Of a stretch of DNA of 64,000 nt, positions 27,822-41,256 are shown piece by piece. Below the pieces are notes generated by a model. The model made no database searches and was not told where the DNA came from. It saw only the letters and a program-made list of their open reading frames with translations. Position 1 is the stretch's first letter. Every line of letters starts with the position of its first letter. The position numbers were made by a program, and so were the translations under genes. Source of the DNA: Lingula anatina (Eukaryota; Animalia; Brachiopoda); assembly GCA_051362555.1 (NCBI GenBank), contig CM120641.1, positions 17,360,001 through 17,424,000 of the forward strand. Reading direction: 5' to 3'.

Positions 27822-28230
27822 TTTTTAGTGACATTTCTGATAAAAAAGGAGCGTCGGACCGAAATATAGTCAAACTAATTTTTCACAAGTGCAAAGGAGA
27901 AATAAATTTACTTTTTGGTGATATTTCTGACAACGAGGCAGTTTTGGAATATATTCAAAATCGACGGATGTTTATTACAAGTTCACGGGAGTAATATTTC
28001 TAGTTTTTTCTTATTATTTCTGACGACGAGGCGGTTACGGAATATAGTCAAAATCAAACGGATGTTTATTTCAAGTCCACACGCGTAATAATTCTACGTT
28101 TTGGTAACATTTTATTACTACGAGGCGGTTTCGGAATATACATGTGCTGGTTTTCAGAGCATTCATGTGCTACATGTAATTACAAGTTCAAAAGGGGAAT
28201 ACATTTGATTTTTACCGATATATCTGATAA
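27822..28230. repeat. Degenerate tandem repeat, unit about 90 bp, 4-5 copies
   Basis: Recurring ttt(g)gtgatatttctga...acgaggcggttt..ggaatata(g)tcaaaat...acaagttca motif near 27822, 27912, 28005, 28098 and 28210. Confidence 0.75.
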
Positions 28231-28526
28231 AGAGGAAGAATGAACAGCTTAAAAACAAAAGGTAAATAACACAACCTTCGTTAAAAAGTTATAGATTTAC
28301 AAATAATTTGTATACACGTGTGGCTTAAATGTAAACTAATTCCCGTTTTCAAACCATACCCACATATGATATGACTTAGTGTAATAAAATGATAAATAAT
28401 AATTGTTAAACATGAAAAGTTTATGCTAATTTTTTAAGAGCGTGAGAGATTTTAAATTTGTCTACTGGTACATGTAGGTATATAACGCAAGCAACGTCAC
28501 TATTCTCTTGATGCCAAGAAGGTCAC

Positions 28527-28745
28527 ATGATCACTCTGTCTTTGGCTTCCAGCATTTTAAGAGACCTCGACTGATTTAAGCAAGATGTAGTCGCGAAATT
28601 CTAGACTACATCGAGGTTAAATCCGAGTTTTCCGAGAGACGCTACGCAGAAATGTCGAGTGAAGCGAGACATTTTTGGGTAGCGGCTCGAGGTTGCCCTC
28701 GATCTTCACTGAAGCTTGCCTAAATGGACAGGCTTCAGTGATCAT
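28527..28745. repeat. Multi-hairpin inverted-repeat element
   Basis: Outer ATGATCACT/AGTGATCAT pair enclosing three consecutive stem-loops (about 28566-28627, 28633-28689 and 28706-28741). Confidence 0.6.
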
Positions 28746-28814
28746 CATATCGCCACTGTCATATAACATCCCTAGGTACAGTATGTATCAACGGCAACTG
28801 TGTACAGTTTGTGG

Positions 28815-28851
<37 letters not shown>

Positions 28852-30574
28852 TGTCAGTGGCGGAGAGGGGCGGCGTAGGCCAATAATTGCAAGAATATGA
28901 TGCAATAACAAGATCATTTCAGGGTTTTGTTCCTTTTTTGTATTGCTGTTAGAGGTTGAAATTAGTTAACTATTGTAATTGTGGCTTTCGACTTTGTTGT
29001 GTTGCCTTCTCTCCCTCTCTCTCTCGAAAGCTGTATTCTGGGATATTTCATCTTCATTTAAAATAAGTAAATAGTCCCACACATCACTTAAAATAAATAG
29101 TCTCACCAAAACAGACCCACCAAACCATATTTTCTTGCTCGGTCTATATTTCATTGCGTTCCTATATGATTATCTTGGAGGTAATTGCGGTGGGATGTCC
29201 ACCAGTATAGCGCTTGTCGCAACTAACAGAATTTACAGTCTCTATACTGTATCAACGTTAGACAAATCAAAAACAATAATAATTGTTCAACATTGTCAAT
29301 ATCTTCATTTAATTAACCTCCCCATAAAAGCTGATATACATACATGATGCAGAATACTTTGCAGCCAATTCAACATAATTTCTCATTTATAATCACCGAT
29401 TCATTGGAGCAATTAGAATCAGGTAATCCTTGAAGACCCTAACATTGAGGAAACCAGATGTTTGATCTAGAATCTTCGCGCCCCCTCTCTAAAATGATCA
29501 AAAAAGAAAAAAAATTAGCTGTTATGCTCGTTAAACATTTTGATTAAAAAACAAAAACAAAATTAGCCTACTGTCCCTGGTTTCAGAGAGTCACTGCTCG
29601 TTAACCGATTTATCAAATTTCGTCTGGCCTTAATATAAGGAAAAATTCGCGTGCTGGAGGGTGCATTTAAATTTGACCCCACTACATCAGTACGGACTTC
29701 CCAGACAGTCATATTGATCCAGGATTCATATTACGGTTTAATGACCGAAACCACATGCCGATCCATTTGATCAAGAATCCAATGTTATCATAGGGGTTAC
29801 TTTTGGGTTTTGTGCACAAAAATGTTCTACATTTCTGTGATAAAAGAAAGGCTTATACAACGGAGTCATTATATTACCGAAACAAACACGACCATCATTG
29901 TAGTTGTACGTTTAAAACAAATCATTTGTTGAGGCATCGTTCTCTCAATTACATGTATTGTTATCATCATCATTTTATGACAAATTTAAACTTACAATGA
30001 ATTTTTTATATTGAAATAAACAAAAAACACAGATTGATAGTATTTACAGGTTTAATACTGTCCATAGCAGCATGTAAATACAAGACAGATCTTTGGAGGG
30101 TTAGCAGCAACGTATAAATAGCGTTACCACAGATTAAAAAGAACAATAACGTTAAACAATAGTTCTAGCTTTAAAAGTACAAAAATAAGACTATATAATA
30201 CGTACAATTGTGAGCGACTAAACATGATAAAGCAATTGATTTCAGTGGCCATCGCTTTTTGACAAAAGCTTCGACACTTGGACGAAATGTATTACTTTTG
30301 ATCCTCATAGCTTCACTAACCCAGAACCTTCGTTCCTGGGCTTGGACAAAATGCAAACAGCTTTACAACTTTTTATAGCGTACAAAAGTCAGATATGCGC
30401 GCAAATTCGTTGGGAAACGAAAAGGAATGAGAAATAAAATATGTTGAGATTTCACCTCGTCAAACACAAAAATAACAAAACTCTCTTCCACAATGTCACA
30501 TGCAACACCAGGCAAATGTTCTCAATTTGAAGGATAAAAATGGATAAAGATAAAAACGAAATTAATCAGTTAAT

Positions 30575-33059
<2,485 letters not shown>

Positions 33060-33151
33060 TTAGGTTGGTAATAAAAGCTGGGGCAGATAAACGAGTGAGC
33101 TCGGTATGGCAGGTTGTAGTATACTAATGAGGAAGTTTTAAATATAACTCT

Positions 33152-33272
33152 TTTTATAGTCAGGGGCCTCCTCTTCTAGGAAAAAGAGCTAACGGTTCAA
33201 CTCATATGACCATATATGGTATTGGACTTGCCATATATGGCAGGCCCTCCTTTCATGCTAGGCCATAAATGG
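33152..33272 (-). promoter_or_regulatory. Actin promoter: TATAAAA (33158-33152), CCAAT (33225-33221) and three CArG boxes (33210-33219, 33231-33240, 33263-33272)
   Basis: CCATATATGG twice and CCATAAATGG match the SRF site CC(A/T)6GG exactly; all lie directly upstream of the actin ATG. Confidence 0.85.
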
Positions 33273-34942
33273 ACGCGCATGCGCGAACATGAAAGGGAAC
33301 AACTGAAAAACAGTTGGCGTATATTTATAAAACAACAGATATGGCTTTAACGGTCTGCCGTTGGCTCTCTTTGGGTATGCATAGTAAACGGTTGTTTATA
33401 TTTTGATTTGAATTTTGTCAGTGACGCTTTAACAGGTGGTTGACAATGAAAGGACATTTAATGCAGTATTTTCTTTCATAACTAACACTGTCTGATTGAG
33501 GGAGTCGACCTGTCGAGGAATCGAAGAAATTTGGCAATATATAATAATATCATTGGCTCAATGCCCTTATCAATAACATGGTGTAATCATGAGATCATAA
33601 TGAAGACCTAGATATTTCTAGTGCGAGGGAATCAATACAACAGCGGCCAATACAACAATCAAACCGATGTTCTAGTTACTGTTCTAGTGGCAAATTAATT
33701 AAAACTAAAGTGAAGGCAATTGCAAGATAGTTTACACTGTGTTGTTTCACAACCACCCTGTTATACCTATGGTTGGTGTTTAGGATGGCTAGGAAATGTA
33801 ATTTTTTAATAATAATACATATTAGGAATCTTATTGAAGTCAATTGCTGTTCCATTGTTGTGACAAAGTTTGCGATGCAAATGTCACCACTGCCCTCCAT
33901 ATTTTATCAGTCATAACTCAAAGGGTACATGGTGGCAGTTATGTTTTGTCTTTAGGGAATATTAATCATATAATAGCGACGACTGTTTCTATGTTCGCTA
34001 TGTCATTCTAAGCATTCCTGGCGTGTTGTGAATTGGAGTCAGCGCCTGATATACACTGTTCATTACATTTTAGTTGAAAATAACGCAGTTGGCATCCAGT
34101 AAACAGATTGTTTACAGTACCAAAACCCCACCCATCCCAACTCATTTTTTTTAATGATGAGATGATTTGAAAAATATTCTGTAGTTGAACGTCTTTTCTA
34201 TAGATTTAATATTGATATGTATACATATGTACATTGCGTGTCAAATACGTCGAAAGCAATCCATTAACACGGTTTTGTGATTACAAAATTACCTGGTTAG
34301 GTGGCAAATATTTCATGACGCAGCCTTTTTCGAATCGGGATGTGAAGCCATACAAAATCGAGGAAGTGATTTAGTGATTTAAAATTGAATACAGGCAGGC
34401 AAGCATATCTACAATACCGTGCAAGCATGCATGCTCGAAATTTGTAAGCAAATATGTGGACAATCAGGGCTTTCTTTTTCAGTCGAGAGGAAACTTTTAT
34501 AGGACAAAATATAAAAAAGGAAAACGCTGAGAGAGAGGGGGAGGGGGGAGGGGCATATCCTGAATTGTCTGTTCAATACATGCTCAAATTAAGGGAAATT
34601 TATCATTTGAACTAATGTTCTAAATAAGACACTCGTTACGCGAAGGGGACAGGCGTCCTTCTTTATTATTTCACAGGAAATCTTAGAGTAGCAGAAGACG
34701 CCACAGATGTTTGAGCAGATGGTAGCGTAGTCTGTGACCTAATCTCCAGTCATCTCTTATGTTACCAACAAATGAATGATTCATAGACTGTCATGTATTT
34801 AACACCCCGTTTACATGGACACAATAATGTTGTTCACGTCTTGAAGAAAACAACGCCGAGGGACATAAAACCCGATGAACAGCTTGGCTCGTCTGTTTTA
34901 TTTAAAATAAAAAATCCCCCCCCCCCAAAAAAAAAATCATTT

Positions 34943-34984
<42 letters not shown>

Positions 34985-35726
34985 ACCTGATTTATTCAAT
35001 GATCTAACAAAATTGGCACGATTTGTCCAAAGGCTATGAATACACGGAACACTAAACAACACATCTCAAGTCAATTACCTGTCTGCAAATATCTATTGTG
35101 TAACTACATATCTTTAAGCTACGATAGCACACAAATGCACAACGCATCCGCTTTCTAGGTGGCTATCGCTAGAAGACGACGCCGTCGTCATGTTATAACT
35201 GAATGATTCCATTTCACATTCAGTGGTATCCTTGAAAATAATGACTGATGTAAAACGCTGCGATAATCCTTAGATATCTGCTAATGAAATATTGACAAGC
35301 AATGCACCAAATGTAACACGACAAAAGAAAAGCGTGTCCTAAACACAATAAATTCATTTCATCAAATTCCTTTCACTCCTAACACAATAGATCGTCTCGA
35401 TAATCGAGATTGCACTCGCTTTGGCACAGTGGGTGTGAGCTATTTCCCTTTCTTAAAATCCATCCATAAATTTGACACGTATTTCATATGAAAGGGCTGA
35501 ATGGAGCAAGTTCATTGTTATCTGATATATCCTAAATTAGAAAACGCAAAACTGAATCCTCCATATATTACAGCAGCATGACCGCCCGTCTACCACGCAG
35601 AGTCGACATGATAAACCGCCTGTTATCCTTCAGTAGAAGATAAACAGAAAGAAGGTGCTCAAAACAATCAACACTGCTTGAAGCTGGGTTTGATTTTAAA
35701 AAGTGTTTCCTTAATAAAATTGCATT

Positions 35727-37401
35727 TTAATATCTGTATGGCCGTCCACCGAAGTTAATTCCTCGGTGCTTGTCTAATTGATTTTTTCTAAATTTTTCTT
35801 CCATCTCGCGTTCTCGCTGGTGGTTCCAGGGTGTGTTGCTGTTACCCCGGGTGTCGTAGATATCTGGGTTCCCATACTGTCTGAGGGAGGCAGCCTAAGT
35901 CAACATAATGTGGTTATATTAATCATGTTAAGGTGCAATACTATAAAATAACTGAAGTGTGCCATTAAAAAAGACACTTAGCAGCCGTAATAATACTAAT
36001 ACATGTAAGTGCTTGTTTGGTCAACTGACATTTGATAAAATAGAATACTTGCATAGAATAAAAGGTCAGTAGGGGTGACTGGTGACAATAAATCAAATGA
36101 AATTAATTTTTAAGTTTTTTTTCTCTTCATGAATTGTAGTTACGTGGTATAATTGAAATCGTTTAAATTAAACATGAATGTTGAGAATCTCTGCTGCTGT
36201 GTTTCCTTTCTTTTACATGTAAATCAGACTACGAGATTATATAGCTTAATGCACTTTTACAACTTTTTGGTGGGTGTTTGTTCATTTTTGGATGTCTGTA
36301 AAATATGTATTATCTGCATGGACTAAATATACTCACCAGTTGCTGTTCCATATTCGCCACCTGGCAACATACGTCATATTTCCAGTTCTGAAAGCAATGA
36401 GTCAAATATTAATTGCATCAATCGAAGAATAGGTACATGGTTATTCGTGATATTGAAAAGAGGAAGGGGGCTAGAGTGATATGCATGACAGCAGGAATGT
36501 TAATTATGATGGGGTGTACAGGCCCGTAGCGGGGGGGGGGGGGGGGGGGGGGTTCGGGGGGTTCGAAAGAACCTCCCCTTTTGCTGGGAAAAGGTCCACT
36601 CTGGGTAAAATTTGATCTAGGTGCATGAAGTTTTTATGGGAAAAGGTCCACTTTTCAGAAAAAGAACCCCCCTTCTGAAATTGCTGGCTACGGGCCTGGT
36701 GTAATTGACCTGTTGGTATCCATTCCCGTTATACTGGTAGTTTCGAATTCTCGTGAAACAAGTTGTCTTTGTTTTGATGATAGAGAACTTGTTTGCCTCT
36801 GACAATGAAACATTGCATTTTCACATTTTGACACAGCATATTTTTTATAAAATAATTTTTTAAGTTGATATTGCAGTATTTGGATTGTACTGCTACATGT
36901 ATGGGTTTCTAGACTAAAATGTGAGATTCTCAGTCAATAAAATGGTCAGATAGATGTTACCGTTGGCTGTCATAGCAACATACCAAATAAGGGCGATTTG
37001 CCAAGGGGGCTGGGATGGTAGAGTGGGACCCAGGTACTGTAATAGCTTTTTATGACTTTTCGGGACTACGTCGAAGTGAGACTCTTCAACTAATTGTCAT
37101 CAGATTAAGTTTTGCTATGCCACCAGTATTTATATCATCCACCCTTTACCCTACGCAGTTCTCCACTTGCAAAGTAGTACACTGTCTGTCAAGTGCTTTA
37201 GTAGACCCACCCTTTCTTAAAATTTTCGGATTCTGCGTGATTTATTACATGTACCTGATACGGCTCACGTAGGTCCATCTTCCAATGCCTGGGCAACACC
37301 CACTCCTCCGAATGTTTCTGATGAACGTAATGGTTAGAGAGATGAAGTGGCGGGAGTCCCACAGAACTGCTGCTGCAGGACTCGCTACCGTTATGGGACA
37401 T
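35727..37401 (-). CDS. Uncharacterised small protein, about 134 aa; exons 37401-37269, 37036-36984, 36387-36337, 35894-35727 (optional 27-nt exon 37181-37155)
   Basis: Four GT-AG bounded exons (133+53+51+168 = 405 nt) join in frame: MSHNGSESCSSSSVGLPPLHLSNHYVHQKHSEEWVLPRHWKMDLLPGSHSTIPAPLANRPYLNWKYDVCCQVANMEQQLAASLRQYGNPDIYDTRGNSNTPWNHQREREMEEKFRKNQLDKHRGINFGGRPYRY*. A non-coding upstream exon donor GTAAGT is at 37844. Confidence 0.7.
36519..36698. mobile_element. MITE with 12-bp TIRs (CAGGCCCGTAGC...GCTACGGGCCTG) and GTGTA direct repeats on both sides, in an intron of the small gene
   Basis: Perfect TIRs; flanking 5-bp direct repeat at 36514-36518 and 36699-36703; internal poly-G and a duplicated GGGAAAAGGTCCACT. 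Confidence 0.8.
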
Positions 37402-37916
37402 CTTGGTACAGCGTCTTGGGGCTAACAACACAGACTGAAACTGGAAGTATATTGAAAATTAACCCCTCGCAACTAAAAAAAAAATACTGTGACTTAACGT
37501 GGGAGCTCTGAGAGACCAAGCACTGAATATTTTACGAAAATATACCTCCCTAGCAACAATTAATTTCTGCACAACTCTGCTGCAATCCAGTAAACAAGAA
37601 TAGCGCCAATATTAGGCATTTTGTTTGGTGTATTATACTTTGAATCTCGCGACGGGAAGTAAATCGAGTCAATCGTGCATTTTAAATTCCTCAGCATGCT
37701 GACAACACTGAAGCAGACTGATAAGTGAACAATATTAAGGAACCTATCACCTGTGACTTTAAAGTGTCATATATATATATATATATTACGCTGTGTTTGA
37801 ACTTCAAATCAAGCAAGCAACTTAAATATCCACGACGTACTTACACTCCTCGCTGCAAACAGAGTTGTTTGTTGTTCGTGGACTCCCGCTAATTCTCAAG
37901 TTACAGTAATGGCCTA

Positions 37917-37929
37917 GTTGCTTGGCAAA
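37917..37929. promoter_or_regulatory. RFX X-box-like motif GTTGCTTGGCAAA
   Basis: Near match to GTTGCYWRGCAAC, about 70 nt upstream of the 37844 donor of the small gene. Confidence 0.4.
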
Positions 37930-40900
37930 ACGCGCATTGTACTACACGCACAAAATAAAATAAACATATTGTGGCGCACTGATTGAATACTATTGATCGA
38001 TATTTCTATATGCGCTATTCACTGAGGCAATCGTGTATAACAGGCTGTGGCTTTCATCTATTATAGAACAATCAATTAGGACCAAGAATCAAGATCAGGG
38101 CGAAGGTGAACTCGATATCGATTTTAGTTTGAACGAAGTGCGCACGCAGTATTGTGTTATTGGACTTGTATTGGATAATCCAACTGCACAGAAAAGAAAA
38201 CGTCTCGTTTGTTTTAATGTTCGTTAAATTCAAATCTATGAAAGATCAACCATGAAAATGTTGTTCGTTTAGAATATGTAATCACTAGGCTTTAAACTTA
38301 AAAAGGCGTTTTTGTCTTAAATTACCCTCCACCTTCAATTAAAAATTTAAGTTTATGTTTTCTGTTACAAATAAAGGTACAAACCGAATAATAAAAATCA
38401 TTTTATTATTTTTATTAGTATTATTTTAATTATTTTATTTTGCATCACTGTTATTAAGCCGGACATTGAAGGTCTCACTGACGAGTAGTTTTACTGAGCG
38501 TGACGGTGTTATTAGTCAGAGCCTACACAGAATATAGCAAGCAGACGAGTTACACAGCTTACACAGTCTACTTGGCTTTGTCGTCTGTCATCTTTCACAT
38601 AAATATCATAATTGTTTGCCAGCAATCAAGGTCATATATATATTCTTCACCGTTCATCTTATACACTGTAAATGTACTGCATGTATGTTTTGAAGACCCC
38701 TTCTTTGCTTAAAATGAGCAATTTTCTTTGCTCGTTGAACTCAAAGGATCGATAATCTTGAACAGTAAGAGTATGCCCAGGCTATGAGCAACCCAACAGT
38801 CAAAGGCAGTAGGCCTACGGAGATGGACTCCTGCAGGGCTGATTGTAGGTAGTGAAAGTACTTTACAGATTTTAGTCCAAGAATAGTCTTGTTGACGTAA
38901 CCAGACGACTCGCCTGCTTATAAGCTTGTAATGGGGACTGTATGACGTTTATGATTGTATGTTGCCTGGTAGGGTTGGGGGAGAGGGGGGGGGTCTTACC
39001 GTACATTGCTGTAGCGGAGATTTCTTTTTGCACCAACACATCCCACAAAACAAAACACACAGATGATCTCCTCTGAAGGATTTTTTTCTAGCGATGTCTT
39101 CGTGTTTTACAATAATTGCTTTTTATCTATATTTTGAGTCGGAGTTCGTCCTCACTTTTCATTTTAATCAATAATCACAGCAGATTAGGACACCATAAAT
39201 CATAGAAGCACCCCATATTTCTTCTCCTCAGCACTGCAAATCTGCATCGAAACACCAATTTTTCGATAGCAATACTACTTAGGGGCTTATTTTTTAAATA
39301 TCACTGGTGCTTGGTGACAGCTTTATGTTTTGCAGGACTTATAGTTTACTCGATCTGTGCAAGGTTTGGTCGCCATGTTTAGGTAGATTTCAAGGACGTA
39401 TGGATTCAAAGGCATTTCATTAAAACTTGCATTCTTACTTTGTTCATGTGCAGAATCCATTAAGATCTTTTAAAAAAAGAGTTTAAAAAGTGAATAATGA
39501 ATCCTTATTCTATTAAAGAAAATATGGGACTACATCATCTCATTCAAACCAAATGGAATTACAATTTGTTTTCATTCGGAGGCAAACTTAAATGCCACTG
39601 GCGACAATGTATCAACGTTGTCAAGATTGCCTGACTACTTGAAAAACCAAACTTTTACAGAGCTTATACAAGTGATGATACTCAAACAACTAAGTATTCT
39701 TGGGTTTAAACAATGTCACTGCAATCGATGTCAGTCTGTCACCTGTTATATTTGCCAACCTGTCAAAAATCAATTAAGCCTCAAGTCCATAACTCTTTTT
39801 GTGATTACAAGACGATAAAGAGTATTTCGCATATTCTTATATCGTGGTTCACTTATCTCAGATGTGAATCAACAACATTTGATTTGATTGATAAGGTCTC
39901 CACCCAGCCCTTGACGCCCCCTGTCCCATTTTTTGAAACCTTACAAGAACGGTGTTTTTAAATTGCCAGTGACAAAAATAAAATTGATTTTTATCTGGAT
40001 TTTAATCACTTCTTACGTCGAAACATTCAAAAGAAATCTTGATTGAACTACTAACAACTAAAATATTGTTGATTTATGCAAAAAGAAAAAAGAATGGTAA
40101 GATAAAATTACACCCTCTTGTCATCTCATCGAGGGGGGCAACTAACTGCTTATTACGCACTTGTCACAAGTGGAGATAATACGATTCAAGATCCCCCACT
40201 CCCGCCCATAATTAATCTGAGAGTTTAGCGAGGATACAAAAGGACTTTCAGAAAATCGTTTTGTTTGCTGTGTCTTTTTCTTGTTGAAATAAATGTGCTT
40301 GCAATTGTCTTGCAAGGTGACAGAATGTTTTATCTTCGTGGTAGAAAACTAATAACACTTCAATATTAAAGTAATCCATCACGCTTCAAACAGCCTTGGT
40401 ATTGATAAGCAAGTGAAATTTTAACGACATCGGTTCTTGACGGAAAGAAGAAAGTACAGAGTAAAAAAACAAACTAGTTAATACAGACAGCACGAGGAAA
40501 AGCTTCTAGGGTAATTGTTAATAATGACTTCTTAATCTCCATGTTGAGAACACCAACACGTGTGCCGCTGTAAACATTAGAATCCGCAGCGTGTGTTGCC
40601 AATACACGGGGAAGTATCCGTAGTGATTTTCAAGATTACACAGTGGCACGATCCATAAATTCTAAGAGGGCAGGCACGAAAATGAACAGTCTTATGCGAT
40701 ATGAATGACACTGAAAAGTTGCCATTTGAAAAGAAGCCAACAGTGTAACATCACAAATATTTGCTCATTTTAAGTATTTATGTATTTACATAATTGACAT
40801 AAAATGTTTCAAATAAAGAGGTATAAAAAGAGGTGTTTCGTGAATAATTTGTAGAAATCCCATTTTTGACAGTTTTCAGGGCTTCCCCCCATACCAGGCC

Positions 40901-41256
40901 TCATCGCAACTACTTCCCTTGCACCTGAAATTAATCAGGTGGTTCCCACGAGATAAGATAATGGCCACCAAACCCAAGGTAGTTCATAAACTCCCTACAG
41001 AGGGTTGAGCGCTCCCCCGTCACTCTGCTCTGGCGTGTCTCGACGTAGAAAGATAACGACCCTCACCATTATCCAGCGACGTCATAGCATCAGGATATGT
41101 CACATAAATACGGGTAGTAGTTGAAGATGTCACAATATTGTGATTCGGGTAATTTACAGCGTCACACACCAGTAACCATGGCCTTGATGTTTTTAAAAAG
41201 ATCCTGTTTCGTTTTAAAGGTATGTCGATACTTCCCCGTGCACCAGGAAAAGTGAC

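Noticed and set aside
27822-28230. CRISPR-like interpretation of the spaced repeats
   Set aside because: Eukaryotic context, degenerate full-length units, no unique spacers and no cas genes.
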